Part shown: positions 10,240-20,802 of the stretch, one piece after another | How positions within the stretch are numbered: the first letter of the stretch is position 1 | Layout: the number at the start of each line of letters is the position of its first letter | Assembly (NCBI GenBank): GCA_051546255.1 | Contig: CP128819.1 | Coordinates: 186,001 to 250,000, forward strand | Length of the DNA stretch: 64,000 nucleotides | Reading direction: 5' to 3' | From: Meyerozyma guilliermondii | Taxonomy: Eukaryota | Made by a program: the position numbers and the translations under genes | The notes under the pieces: model-generated | The model's database searches: none | What the model saw: the letters and a program-made list of their open reading frames with translations, nothing else | What the model was told of the DNA's origin: nothing

Positions 10240-10610
10240 TTCGATCAGATTTCAGAGGTGCACTGCGAAGCTCAGCTTATAAGTAAACGTACAAATATCT
10301 GCCAAACCTAGAGCCGTGAAAAAAAGTGAAGCTTCCGCAGGTCAAAGGACCTGAAAAATCCTATCGCGCAACTGATTCTGCTATCTTTTCTACTCAATTT
10401 CTTATACCTTCCGTTTACTACATTCTCTCAATTTTTCCTTAAACTTTCTATTCCTATTTCTTTCTCTTCGTACGTAATCGGCAGAGTCCTCACGATTATC
10501 GACAGACTCGTGAGTTTACCAGGTGTTGAGGTAGACTGCTTCGACCTTTCGTATTTGGTTCCTGATCCCGATCATGCAAGAACAAAATGAACCGCCTCGT
10601 AAATTGTAGA

Positions 10611-11010
10611 GTAAATTAGTCAAACTTTTTACTTGGTCTGTTTTTCCGCTGTTTATCTGATCAAGTCTGGCTAAACTTCGCAACTTGTTATTATATTAGA
10701 GATCAACAAGAATCGGACACACCGTACGAATTGTTGGGTTATGAGTCCATTTATATGACTTCCATATACTCTACAAGAGAAGTGAATTCTCGATATGGGA
10801 AATTTAAGCAAAAAAGTCTAGATTTCTAGCTAGAAAATCTAAATGGAGCGAGTCTAGGAAGTTTTGATCAGGGATCGCATACCTTGTTAGAAGACACTGT
10901 ATCACCAAAATGGTGCTAGTGGATTTCACATAGCTCACACAACACCACACCACGGTGAAGGATAGCGTGATCAGCTCATAATCCAACAATATGCGATAGG
11001 GATAGCAGAT
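10611..11010 (+). repeat. Non-coding repeat R, copy 2 (start of second tandem unit)
   Basis: Direct match to 8149-8497. Confidence 0.9.
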
Positions 11011-11045
11011 TCGATTGCTAAGGAAGGAATTGAGCGGTGATCCAC

Positions 11046-11582
11046 TCAATTCCTGTCCTCTTCAAAATAAGGCATGAAGTTATTAAGCAAAGCTTTATTT
11101 GATGACAACATGCCGGTAAGAATTGTAAGTTGACATAAAGCGACAAGTTCAGATTTAGCTGGATTCCCTGATCTGAGGCAGAAATAGAAAGCGATGCCAA
11201 GTACGACAATGCACCCCACAAAAGAAATCTTGCTGAGCATATACTCTCTCATCGGCTCATTGCGTTTCTTGGAAGCGCGTATGCCAAGAAACCGATTTAT
11301 TGTAAACACCATATAAGCAAGTATCACACAGAACCAGGCTAGGGGCGGAAGATCAACTTCTTCAACGCCAAAGCCAGGCTTCACGAGAGGGAACACACTA
11401 ATGCTTAATGACAACGCTGCTCGCACTTGATTCAGGTTTGTTAACGAGAACAACGGAGTTTCGAGCGGAGTTTCGTGCCCAGTTTCAGGCGCAGTTACTA
11501 TGGTCCTTTGTTCCATAGTTCGTGAAGTCCTTCCTTCCAGTAATAATGAGGTCATATATTCTTCCGTTGGTGGCGTTGTCAT
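11046..11582 (-). CDS. Orphan ~4-TM membrane protein A2 (highly diverged paralog of A1)
   Basis: MTTP start; shares W-x-C-x4-Y-x5-NR-x-L-x4-S and IAF-x5-S-x-N...LC-x3-IL patterns with A1; near-identical upstream DNA. Confidence 0.7.
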   Translation of the reverse strand: MTTPPTEEYMTSLLLEGRTSRTMEQRTIVTAPETGHETPLETPLFSLTNLNQVRAALSLSISVFPLVKPGFGVEEVDLPPLAWFCVILAYMVFTINRFLGIRASKKRNEPMREYMLSKISFVGCIVVLGIAFYFCLRSGNPAKSELVALCQLTILTGMLSSNKALLNNFMPYFEEDRN

Positions 11583-11936
11583 ATTTCAATTTATGATCAA
11601 GATGAAGTCACAAAAGTAGAATGCGAAAAGGGTTTTGCAACCACTTTATGAGCCACGCGACAACTGTTGGATTATTAAGCGATTACGTAACGAGATCCTT
11701 CGCCGTGGGTGTAGTGTTGTGTTATAAGGTGAAGAACTGTTGCATGGCATTGTAGGTGACTCAGTGACAAGCTTGCAATTATTATGTCAAGGTACGTGCA
11801 AATCGGTTATAAAGACAAACAGTACGTAGAACAAACATGAAGAGTTACTAAAGGTAAGCATTCAATTTGACTTATAGGCTGCTAATATCATTGGTAAATA
11901 TTGTAAAGCGAAAAACTTTGTAGTTGTATACTCTGC

Positions 11937-12329
11937 TTAGTGGGAGCCATCTAGAATCAAAAGAACTAAGGATATAATGCCAAACAGAAGCATGATTAAG
12001 TTAAATTCAGAATCTCCCACTACAACCTTATATCGAGTGGAAGCGATTATGATGTCTATCCACATTGCAGTACCGATCACAAGACAAGCTGCAGAACTGA
12101 ACCAGAAATAACCGCGAGGAGTCTTTACCTCATCGTTTAAGAAGTCATCATGATATTTAAGCACCAACCCAAGCGAGGCAAAATAAAGGAGGCTTGCAAC
12201 GAAGTATAAAACTTCACTTCTCGTTTGCCTAAGTTTATGCAGAGTCTCGGCTCCAGTTTCTGTAGTCATTCCCACAATTTCTTCAGGCGTTTTTTCTTCC
12301 ATAGTTTCGTCAGTCATTTTTTCTTCCAT
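11937..12329 (-). CDS. Orphan ~3-TM membrane protein B2
   Basis: VGMTTET-x-A-x-TLHKLR and PRxYxWxSSAxCLVxGxAxWIDxIIAxxRYK shared with B1. Confidence 0.75.
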   Translation of the reverse strand: MEEKMTDETMEEKTPEEIVGMTTETGAETLHKLRQTRSEVLYFVASLLYFASLGLVLKYHDDFLNDEVKTPRGYFWFSSAACLVIGTAMWIDIIIASTRYKVVVGDSEFNLIMLLFGIISLVLLILDGSH

Positions 12330-12584
12330 TTGGATCCATCAGAGGTCAGGTTCAAGTAATTGTATACGATAAACAATTTGCCGAACCTCGTGGAAAAAGT
12401 CGTACTTCTTATAGCAGGTCAAATGCACCTAAAAATGACTATCGCGGAGTCCAGCTGACTTCTGCTGCCTTTATACTCAATTAGATCCTTATACTTTCGA
12501 TTCCATCATTCTCTTCTTAATTCTCTTCTTATACTTTCTGTTCCTATGCTTCTCTCTTAACGTAATATAGGCAGAGTTCGCATC

Positions 12585-12935
12585 CCCAAACTGTTGAAAT
12601 CCTACTAGTTTTCTAAGTAATTCTAATTTAGGAAGTGGTTGTCTGTAGAATTGATGACTATCAACTAATAGGTTAATTTGTTAGACTTAGGATGAGCCCA
12701 TATTTATAGTTAGTCGAGTAGACAGTTTAGGGTTTCCGAAAGTATTCGAAAGAGGAAACCGATTCCGATTCTTCCTCATTGAGTTGAGATTTATCTGGTT
12801 CCGTTTATAGGCGTTGTCATTCCGTTTTGGTGACCATTGTCTTGATCTTGGCAGTGACTAATTAGTTTACTGGTTAAAATCAGCCGCTAGTCATTTTGTC
12901 TAAGCGCTAGATTTGAGCATTGGTACGGACACCTC
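12585..12935 (+). repeat. Right boundary direct repeat (copy of 8027-8146 with about 245 bp extra in the middle)
   Basis: Two blocks shared with 8033-8085 and 8089-8146. Confidence 0.75.
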
Positions 12936-13047
12936 AGGTTCGAAAATACTTGTCCTGCAGCTTGCCAGGACATCTTGGGACTATCTGCAGGAAGCAGCAT
13001 AAGAGAAAATCGCATTGATTTTTCATTCGTCTTCTTTGTATTTCAAG

Positions 13048-13151
13048 GTATGTGTCTAAATGATGATAACGAGTCTAGGACTCTATTAAACCCAGCTCAA
13101 TTGATATCTGTTCATGATAAGAAGGTTTAAACTGAAACATACTAACAACAG
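13048..13151 (+). other. Spliceosomal intron in an apparently non-coding snoRNA host transcript
   Basis: GTATGT at 13048, TACTAAC at 13140, CAG at 13149-13151; no flanking ORF. Confidence 0.8.
13056..13139 (+). ncRNA. Box C/D snoRNA, snR69-like, targeting 25S rRNA UGAGCUGGGUUUA
   Basis: Box C ATGATGA 13060, box D CTGA 13132, C'-like ATGATAA 13114, guide TAAACCCAGCTCA 13087-13099 complementary to a conserved LSU rRNA segment. Confidence 0.8.
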
Positions 13152-13523
13152 AAAATAATGGATTAGTACTGAAAAATTTGAAGCTTGAGTTTGGAGGATT
13201 CTGAACGAACGACAAAGCTACTGAGTATCGATTGAGTATTTTCCAGTACTCTCAGCAACTGGGCAACTTGTTTGTCTTTTTGATTCTGGGCATTTTTGGG
13301 CCATTTGGCCATTTTGGCCAGTGGCAGTTCCCATGTATAAATGTAGTTTCAACTCTTTTTCCTCCAGTATCGTATATTCTTGTGAGTACATCGTTCGGTG
13401 ACGACGGTACCCCAAATTATCGTGTTCTGACAACTTTACTGCTAAACTCTCTGTCTCTCTTAAACCTCCAACTTCTTGAGAGTTCGCGAAATTTTTCACA
13501 GAAAATTTCCATTAGACCACTAA

Positions 13524-15782
13524 ATGCTTCCTGTTCGGCAGTTGGCACGCACCAGTCTCGGGAGCCTGTTCCTGAGGCAATGGCGTTTCGGACTAACAAG
13601 AGGTGCCAGATTGCTGTCGTCGAGTTTGAGTGCTCAAGAAGCACAGCTTAATGAAATAGTGACGAAGAGCGAATCAAGTGTCACCGAGTCGGCCAAAAAT
13701 GCCAGCGAGAATTACACCAATGAGCAACGTAACGGTAAAAATGGCCAGAAAAATGTCAATGGCGACTCTGGTTCTTCTACCAGAAAGAATCCTGGGGCAA
13801 AAAGATACAAAATCAACCCAAAACTTAGAGACATTAGCTCGCAAGTGCGGTCTTCCATCGAGCTGGCCAATGGTTCTGACACAGCCGAGGCTGTAGAGAT
13901 CTTGGAAGAGGGTTTATCGTACTTGCGGGAGGTCCAGGTAGCGGAGGGAATAAACGAGGAAAGTTTGTTTTCGGTTTTCCAGCCAGTGCTTGACGTTTAT
14001 TCTCAGAAAATCACCGACGCTTCGACTTTAAATAAAGTGCTTGATTTGGCCATTGAGCACAAAGTTGCCCATGGATTCTTGTTCTCCAAGGTCATGGCGT
14101 TACAGGCACTTGAATCGTACCAAGCTGCCCTTCAAACTTGGGTTCGTTTTTTGGAGTATTCTTCAGCGGTGAACAATGGACTCGTTTTCAAACGGTTTGG
14201 ATTCATGAAGGACTCGGCTTTCAGAAAGAGAGACTTGACAAACTTGGCGTTCTACCTGTATGTGCAATCTTGCTTGGCGCTGAACGCCAAATACGATTTT
14301 AGAGACGCCATGAAATTGTTGCAAACTGACGAGGTGCCCGAAATTTTTCATGTCAGAAGAACTGTGATGGGTTTAGGAGCCGTTCGCCTGGAAAAGGAGT
14401 TCCAGGAGTTCCAAACCCAACTCAATGCTATGGAATTAGAGTCGTTGGACCCTAATGGCTCTGTGGTGATTCGCAAAATCAACCGTGCTATCGCTACCAA
14501 CGACTTTAATCTTTTGAACAGAACCTACGATCTTGTCCAGGATGCTGCCTTGAAGTATAAGAGACCGATCTCGGAGAACACTTTGACCAGGTTTATGAAT
14601 GGATATTTTGAGTGTCTGCAAATCGACCGGGTTTTTGACATTTTCCGGTCCATGCTCCAAAATGGAATTTCCAAACCTTCTATAGTTTCTTGGGATATTG
14701 TGTTGAGATGTATGGGACACCCTTCCTACCTCCGTACCTTGAACGAGACCAAAAGAAAGGAAATTTCTGTCAATCTTCGACGCACCATCGATACGGTCTT
14801 GTCACTTTACCCCGAAATGAGTCCTAAAACTTTGTCGATAATCGTTGCTGGGTTTGCTAACATGAACGACTTCGAAGCTGTGGACGAGTTCTTGACAAAA
14901 TACTCCGTCCAAGGCAAGGGAAAGGTGCCGGTAATTCACGCTACAAAAAACAATATTCTCATTGGATTGGTTCTCAATAAAAAAGTGGATGAAGCCGAGA
15001 AAAAACTCAAGGAATTGATGGAAGACGGCTCGGGCTACGTTCCTTCGACTCTGTGTATGAACACCTTCCTAAACCACTACGCTCGTGCCGATAATTACAA
15101 GGCGGTGGATGGAATTCTCAAGTTCATGAAACAGCACAATATTGCTGAAGAAATCGGGACATACACCATAGTGATTGACTTGTACTTTAAGATGCACCGA
15201 GCCAAGGGACTTGCTCCTAATGTTACTGAGCTTTTGGAGAGCTTTGCTAACAACAAACAGGCGGGTTTAACTCTCAACGATTACACCTACTCGATTTTAA
15301 TTAGTGGTTTGGTGAAAGACGGGTTAAATTTGGAAGCTGCCAGAACACTTTTCGAGCACTCCAAGTCGTATGGAAACTCTCCTCACGTTTTGACGGCTAT
15401 GTTGGAAGGAGAACTTGACCATGGCTCAGTTGGAAATGCTGAGATTTTATTTGAAAAATACACCAAATCCAAGAACGAACCCAGAGTATGGAACCAGATG
15501 ATCAAGGCTTTGTTGTACAAACACGAGCTGTTGGCATTGCAATACTATCACAATTTTAAGAACCAGGAAAAAATTTCAAGTCGGTGCAAACCCAACCACT
15601 ACACATACTACTTTCTCATACAACATTTCATAAAGAAAGGAAACAAGGAAAAGATTGAGTGGATGCTCAAAGAAATGGCAGAAAATGGAACCGAGTTGGG
15701 AACCGAATTGCCAAAAATCATCAGAAGATTGTCTAAAGAGTATACCGTTCCCAAGCCGTTGCTCGACAAAATTGCCGTGTAA
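13524..15782 (+). CDS. Mitochondrial pentatricopeptide repeat protein
   Basis: Arg-rich presequence; PPR-like units (PSIVSWDIVL, PSTLCMNTFLNHY, YTIVIDLY, YTYSILISGL, PNHYTYYFLI). Confidence 0.8.
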   Translation: MLPVRQLARTSLGSLFLRQWRFGLTRGARLLSSSLSAQEAQLNEIVTKSESSVTESAKNASENYTNEQRNGKNGQKNVNGDSGSSTRKNPGAKRYKINPKLRDISSQVRSSIELANGSDTAEAVEILEEGLSYLREVQVAEGINEESLFSVFQPVLDVYSQKITDASTLNKVLDLAIEHKVAHGFLFSKVMALQALESYQAALQTWVRFLEYSSAVNNGLVFKRFGFMKDSAFRKRDLTNLAFYLYVQSCLALNAKYDFRDAMKLLQTDEVPEIFHVRRTVMGLGAVRLEKEFQEFQTQLNAMELESLDPNGSVVIRKINRAIATNDFNLLNRTYDLVQDAALKYKRPISENTLTRFMNGYFECLQIDRVFDIFRSMLQNGISKPSIVSWDIVLRCMGHPSYLRTLNETKRKEISVNLRRTIDTVLSLYPEMSPKTLSIIVAGFANMNDFEAVDEFLTKYSVQGKGKVPVIHATKNNILIGLVLNKKVDEAEKKLKELMEDGSGYVPSTLCMNTFLNHYARADNYKAVDGILKFMKQHNIAEEIGTYTIVIDLYFKMHRAKGLAPNVTELLESFANNKQAGLTLNDYTYSILISGLVKDGLNLEAARTLFEHSKSYGNSPHVLTAMLEGELDHGSVGNAEILFEKYTKSKNEPRVWNQMIKALLYKHELLALQYYHNFKNQEKISSRCKPNHYTYYFLIQHFIKKGNKEKIEWMLKEMAENGTELGTELPKIIRRLSKEYTVPKPLLDKIAV

Positions 15783-15883
15783 ATAGTATGTACATAAACC
15801 CTATCTTGCCTTTCTTCTCTTGGTTCTATTGTCTCGTTATCTTCTTATCTTCGTCTTCTTCTCTTCGTCTCTTATCTTCTTCT

Positions 15884-16681
15884 CTAGTACGGCTCGCCCA
15901 TAGCTTTCTTCCAAAGAGGCTTGGCCCAATGGCTGGCTCTATCGATAGCACTTCCTACAGAATCAAGCGCAGGCCTTGTGTCCAACACGAAAGACGGCAT
16001 GCCGGTTTCCTCGTCGTCAGGAGCTCCATAATAGTCGATCACATAGCGAACATTCTGCCATCCTTTTTCCTTGCCGAGCGACCGCAAAACCGTCCAGTCG
16101 TGCCTATCGAATGGAGGTTCCGTATTAAAGGTTTCAGGGAACAACTTTCCTAGTGCCAAAAACATTCTTGCACGAGGACTCAAGTCGTGAGGTCTTCCAG
16201 TAAACTTCAAAAGTCTTGGAGAGACATTTGTGGATTGCGTATATGGAGCTTCCCACTCAGAGATTTGCTGCCAAGCCGCCTCGTTGAGAAAGTTGTGCAC
16301 TCCCACCATCAGCTCAACCGCCTCTTCGGGTATACCCGAACCTTTACCTTTCCGAAGCATCGCATTCAACATTTGCTGTGGAGAAGGATATTCCCAGAAT
16401 CCCATATCGGCACTTTCTCCTCTTGGAATCGAAGACACCGTTCGTTCTGTAGGCAACACCACTTTTTGGCCTGGTGCCCGCTCGGAGCTGATATCCATAG
16501 GCATATTGTTCATGGGATTAAGGATGGACTCGTGATCGACCGGACACTCGGATTTTTCATCGGAAACGGCCGAGGACTTTTTTATAACTGGACATCCTCC
16601 AGCATACAGCAGCAGCACCGGAGGACGCACAGGACACGCAGAAGCAGCGGAAGTAGCCGAATCGGCCCAAAACCAACCCAT
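15884..16681 (-). CDS. CYC3: Cytochrome c heme lyase
   Basis: MGWFWAD start, three CPV heme motifs, [29 protein letters not shown]. Confidence 0.95.
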   Translation of the reverse strand: MGWFWADSATSAASACPVRPPVLLLYAGGCPVIKKSSAVSDEKSECPVDHESILNPMNNMPMDISSERAPGQKVVLPTERTVSSIPRGESADMGFWEYPSPQQMLNAMLRKGKGSGIPEEAVELMVGVHNFLNEAAWQQISEWEAPYTQSTNVSPRLLKFTGRPHDLSPRARMFLALGKLFPETFNTEPPFDRHDWTVLRSLGKEKGWQNVRYVIDYYGAPDDEETGMPSFVLDTRPALDSVGSAIDRASHWAKPLWKKAMGEPY

Positions 16682-16810
16682 TACTAAGATGAGATTGTTG
16701 CGATGCGATGGGTTCCGCGGATGACAGGTGCATGGGTGTAAATCAAGCAAAGACAAGCCAGGAACAAAAGGTCAAAAAAAAGCCAAAAAAACAGGGTTTT
16801 AACCGGGTTT

Positions 16811-17668
16811 TTAATCAGACCGCGCCTGTAGACTGTTGTAGTGCTCCCCAAGACCGTACGAGTGTCGGAAGTAGCCGAGAAAGATCGGTTTAGTTCCTTC
16901 TTCGTGGATGGTGACGGTGGAATCGGCCTGAATTACCGTTGTAGACAAGTCGAGGAGCCGAGAAAGAGCCAAGATTTCCATGTCTGACCCCCACATAGCT
17001 GTAGATTCCAATTCTTTTGTGTATTCGTGAATTTCGCGGTCTTCGGCCATGAGAAACGGCACGAAATCGTCTGGATTTTCACGAATAAATGCTGCTGATT
17101 TTTGCCTGAGCTCGGAAATGCTGAGTTCGATGCTGTGCCGTGTCTGGAGCTGGTGCTGGATCGATGCAAAAAGACAATGACCATCGGGTTTTATGTCATA
17201 AACCTCGAGTCCAAGAAGCTCGATTTTTCTGTCCATCGCCGCCATTTCTTCGGCACGCAAATCGGGCTGATTCTTCAATTCTTCAAGAGCCTGGTCACGG
17301 AGCTCCTGCTCCTTGGCTGCTCGTCTCGCAAGCCTTTCTTTTTGTCGATTTTTTCGAGGAACTGATGCCTTCTCATTTGGTGTTTCCTCCACTTTTGAAG
17401 TCTTTGGCTCCATAGATTGCAGTTCTGTAAGTCTAATGAGCTTCTGTAGGTCTGTGTCTTCGTTTTGGGTTCCGTTTTCCTCTTCAATGCCATCAAAATC
17501 ACGAAGTTCTTGTTCCTGTTTTTGCTTGAGTTCAAGCTCCATTTCCGCACATCGTACATTTACCGCCTTTCTTGTCTTTTTCGTGGCTTGCTTCTTGAGC
17601 CCCGTTATGGTATTGGTCAAATCTTTGGTCTGCTTGCGGTGAAGCGCCTCCAATTCTTCCCTGTTCAT
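16811..17668 (-). CDS. OTU2: OTU-domain deubiquitinase
   Basis: IKPDGHCLFASI catalytic motif, C-terminal YGLGEHYNSL. Confidence 0.9.
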   Translation of the reverse strand: MNREELEALHRKQTKDLTNTITGLKKQATKKTRKAVNVRCAEMELELKQKQEQELRDFDGIEEENGTQNEDTDLQKLIRLTELQSMEPKTSKVEETPNEKASVPRKNRQKERLARRAAKEQELRDQALEELKNQPDLRAEEMAAMDRKIELLGLEVYDIKPDGHCLFASIQHQLQTRHSIELSISELRQKSAAFIRENPDDFVPFLMAEDREIHEYTKELESTAMWGSDMEILALSRLLDLSTTVIQADSTVTIHEEGTKPIFLGYFRHSYGLGEHYNSLQARSD

Positions 17669-18127
17669 GGTATAAGAAGAGAGAAGATGCTTTGAGACTG
17701 GTGTGTGGGTGGGATGCGCTGCAAGAGGTGTGAAGTGAACTTATTGAAGGTGGTGTAAAATTTCAGAATATCTGATAACAGAGAGATGTCTGAGAGGATT
17801 GGGTGATGCAAAGAGTTGTTTAATGAAGTAAATTGTATCTTTATAATTAGAATGGTGATTTTTTGTGTTATGGAAATGAAAACCGTTGGGTACGTGCATA
17901 TGCACCCTGTCAATATGCAGCCTGTCAAGTCCAAAATGAAGACGTTATAAAATAGGGACATTTATTTGAAAATGGTAAAGATATAATCATTTCTACAATC
18001 TCGACCATTGAGGGTTTTTCATAAAAATAAAAGTTGTCATTGAATTGGTTGCAAAATGCTACTCAATATTATTTTAAAATGTATGAGATTTAGTATCAAA
18101 TGGAGAATTTAGGTTATTCAATACCTT

Positions 18128-18871
18128 TTAGTTTTTCCAGATATCTAATAATCCCCCCTTCTCGTATACAGGGTCAGATCTGGGTACGGCAACTCTAGTA
18201 GCCATTTCCAGATATTTCAAATTGTTATATTTTTTCGAAGCAAGAACCAGCTTACTTACCAGTTTCCAATTTTCTCCTTCTTCAGGGTACGCTGCCAAGT
18301 ACCTGTAATCCTTGTCAAACCGCTTGGAACGATGGGAAACACCAGCAGGAATCACAATGACGTCGCCTACAGAAACATATACTTCCACAAAATTTGCACC
18401 CAAATCTGGTTCTCTTGCAACGTCCAAGCCTAACACCAATGTGGAACTTCCTTGAATTACAGCATACGCTTCATGGACATTTGGGTGGTAATGGCAATTG
18501 GTAATGCTGGAATAAACTTTCTGTGTGAGTAACATTAAGAAAGTTGAAATAAAAAGACAAGATTTAAAGACATAAGCCTTAAGTGAGATGAGCCCTTTAG
18601 ATGAGCCAGTGAAAATCAGAAAGAATTATAGATGATGGGTCAATGACAGAATGATGGATTGATAGAATGATAGAATGAAGAATGAACTTACCTCAGGACG
18701 CCAATTGTTCGTTTGGAACATCTTTTTTGTGTGCTCTTTTCGCAGAGCTTCATCAAGACTAGGGTCAACCATGGACCCACTCAACACATTCCGGTAGACA
18801 AGAACGGGATATTTCGAGTTAGGAGTGTTTTCTGAGACAAAGTTAAGAGAAATCTGCTCAATTTCTTTCAT
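18128..18871 (-). CDS. Cupin-family protein (YjlB-like); exons 18871-18692 and 18520-18128
   Basis: PNSxxPVLVYRNV, HYHPNVHE, GDVIVIPAGVSH, AYP and PxxDPV motifs; GTAAGT...TACTCAC..CAG intron joins two track ORFs in phase 0. Confidence 0.8.
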
Positions 18872-20802
18872 GAAAGTTGATTTTGGTCTGATCCATCTGA
18901 TAGATAGGGTGCAACCGCATTACCGTTTTGGGAAAAGATACGCGAGAGAGCTGAAAAAAGAGCAGCTGAAAATTGAGAAGATTATAAAGTACAAAAGGTT
19001 AGAGTTGAATAGTAGAATAGTAGAATAGCAGAATAGATAGAGAATAGTAGAATTTGGTAGGGTACCAATTAGTATTAGCCGCCACTTGTGGCACAAGCTT
19101 AAGCACCTATGCATGGAATTAGTCGGCCTGTCGGCATCGCACCAATTCGGCCGTGCCGACAAAATAAATGCGCCCATGGCGCGTGGTTAATACATTCTGC
19201 GTAAATGCAGGCTCGAACCAGGTTGAAGAAATGAAATGAATAATAGAACACTTGTCGAAAGATGCAAGGCAATGTTAACGCACCTCGACACCTAGAAAAC
19301 GTTAGCTTGCGCATAACTTATGCATCCGGATTTGTGGCACAAGTCACTGGGGTATGTGCAGTCGACAAAAAATGGATAAAAAATTGCATCGATCGGCAAG
19401 TATACACGATAAGATAATGGCAAAAACATCCGGTGGCTCCAGGGGGGCTGGCACGATCGTGTCACTAGCTTCACTGCATGAAATAAGCGGCATTGCTTCG
19501 AGGGGGCATTCAATGGCGTGGTATGTCCTGCCCTGCACAATGGCTATCTATAAATAATAACTCGACAATAGACCTGCACATCTGGCGGCGTAGGTACGTG
19601 GACGACAGGCGTGCGGGGGCCGCATTTACAGCTTCGATAGGTGGTGTATGCGGCAGCTTTAGGTGCATATTTTGCGGAAATCGGACGGAATTAGGGCCGA
19701 AATCCTAGTGGTCGCAACCGCCCGATTAAGAGAAATACCGGGGCGGCTCGTCGAGGTGACTAAATGCAGGCAAAAAAATACTACAAGTGTGGAAACCAGC
19801 ATAAAACACTAATGCATGTTCATATGCTGCAATGTTATGTGTTTCTAACCGGTGAGTTATCTCTGTTCATTCATGCATTGCAGCCTTTTACGGAGTTCGG
19901 GACACTCGTCAATAATACCTGGTTGGGATGAATTGAGCCGCATATCCTGATTTCCTGGTAATGATGCGCACTCCTTGCAGCCGCACCGTCACCAGCAGCC
20001 AATGTTGCAGTTGTTAGGGAACGGGGAAATAAGGGATGGAATAGGTCACAGTACAATAGGGCATCGGCTAAGGAGTTACAATCGAATTGATGAATTGGGG
20101 ATATATTCAGCTTAAAAAGGTAAGAATGGTAATTTTTAATAATGGAAAAGTACCAAAATACAATAAACTATATAGATTACCTGTTTGATCTATCATCGTT
20201 CTACTCCACTGCGTTGGCCCTCAAACCGGCCGAAATCGGTAATGTAGAGGTGCACCTTGGAAGGGGGGAACTTCCGCATGTGATGTCCGGATGCTGCAAT
20301 GCCACAGGTGCAACCGATGCCGGACACAGGCCGCACCCACACGTGACGAGACCAATTGGCGTCTATCGGCATTGACTGGTAAAAGTTGATGTGGATGAAT
20401 TGACGCTATTCATATAGACCGAGTTACATTACACCTGTTATTTCAGGAACCATAGCAGGCTTCACCCCTCAAACCCCCACTTTTCTGCCGCTTATCAATA
20501 TTTTTCACCTCCGATTCGCAATGGGCAACTCCTATATGCATCCGGGTTACGCAGGTTTGCCCAATCGAGATAATTATACAATCCTGGCGTGTAAAATTAT
20601 GGACCAACCCAGGTTTTTTTTTTTCGTCTCACGTCGACCCTTTAAAACTACGCCTTGGTTGCCAAATCTTCTGCACCTTGGTATATAGGACATCTGGTCG
20701 CACCAACTTCAAAATCGGGATTGCAGATTTTTCGGCAAATTATTTTGGCCACTGTTATAAAACCTTGTTCATTCCTTTCATTTCATCGGTTTTTCTTTCA
20801 TC

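Noticed and set aside
12592..12860. Solo LTR starting TGTTG
   Set aside because: No CAACA end or target-site duplication found; the start block is better explained as the duplicate of 8033-8085
8050..12950. Centromere (AT-richer region with inverted repeat)
   Set aside because: Contains four intact ORFs in paralogous pairs and the repeats are short; cannot be excluded without CENP-A ChIP but is not supported by the sequence
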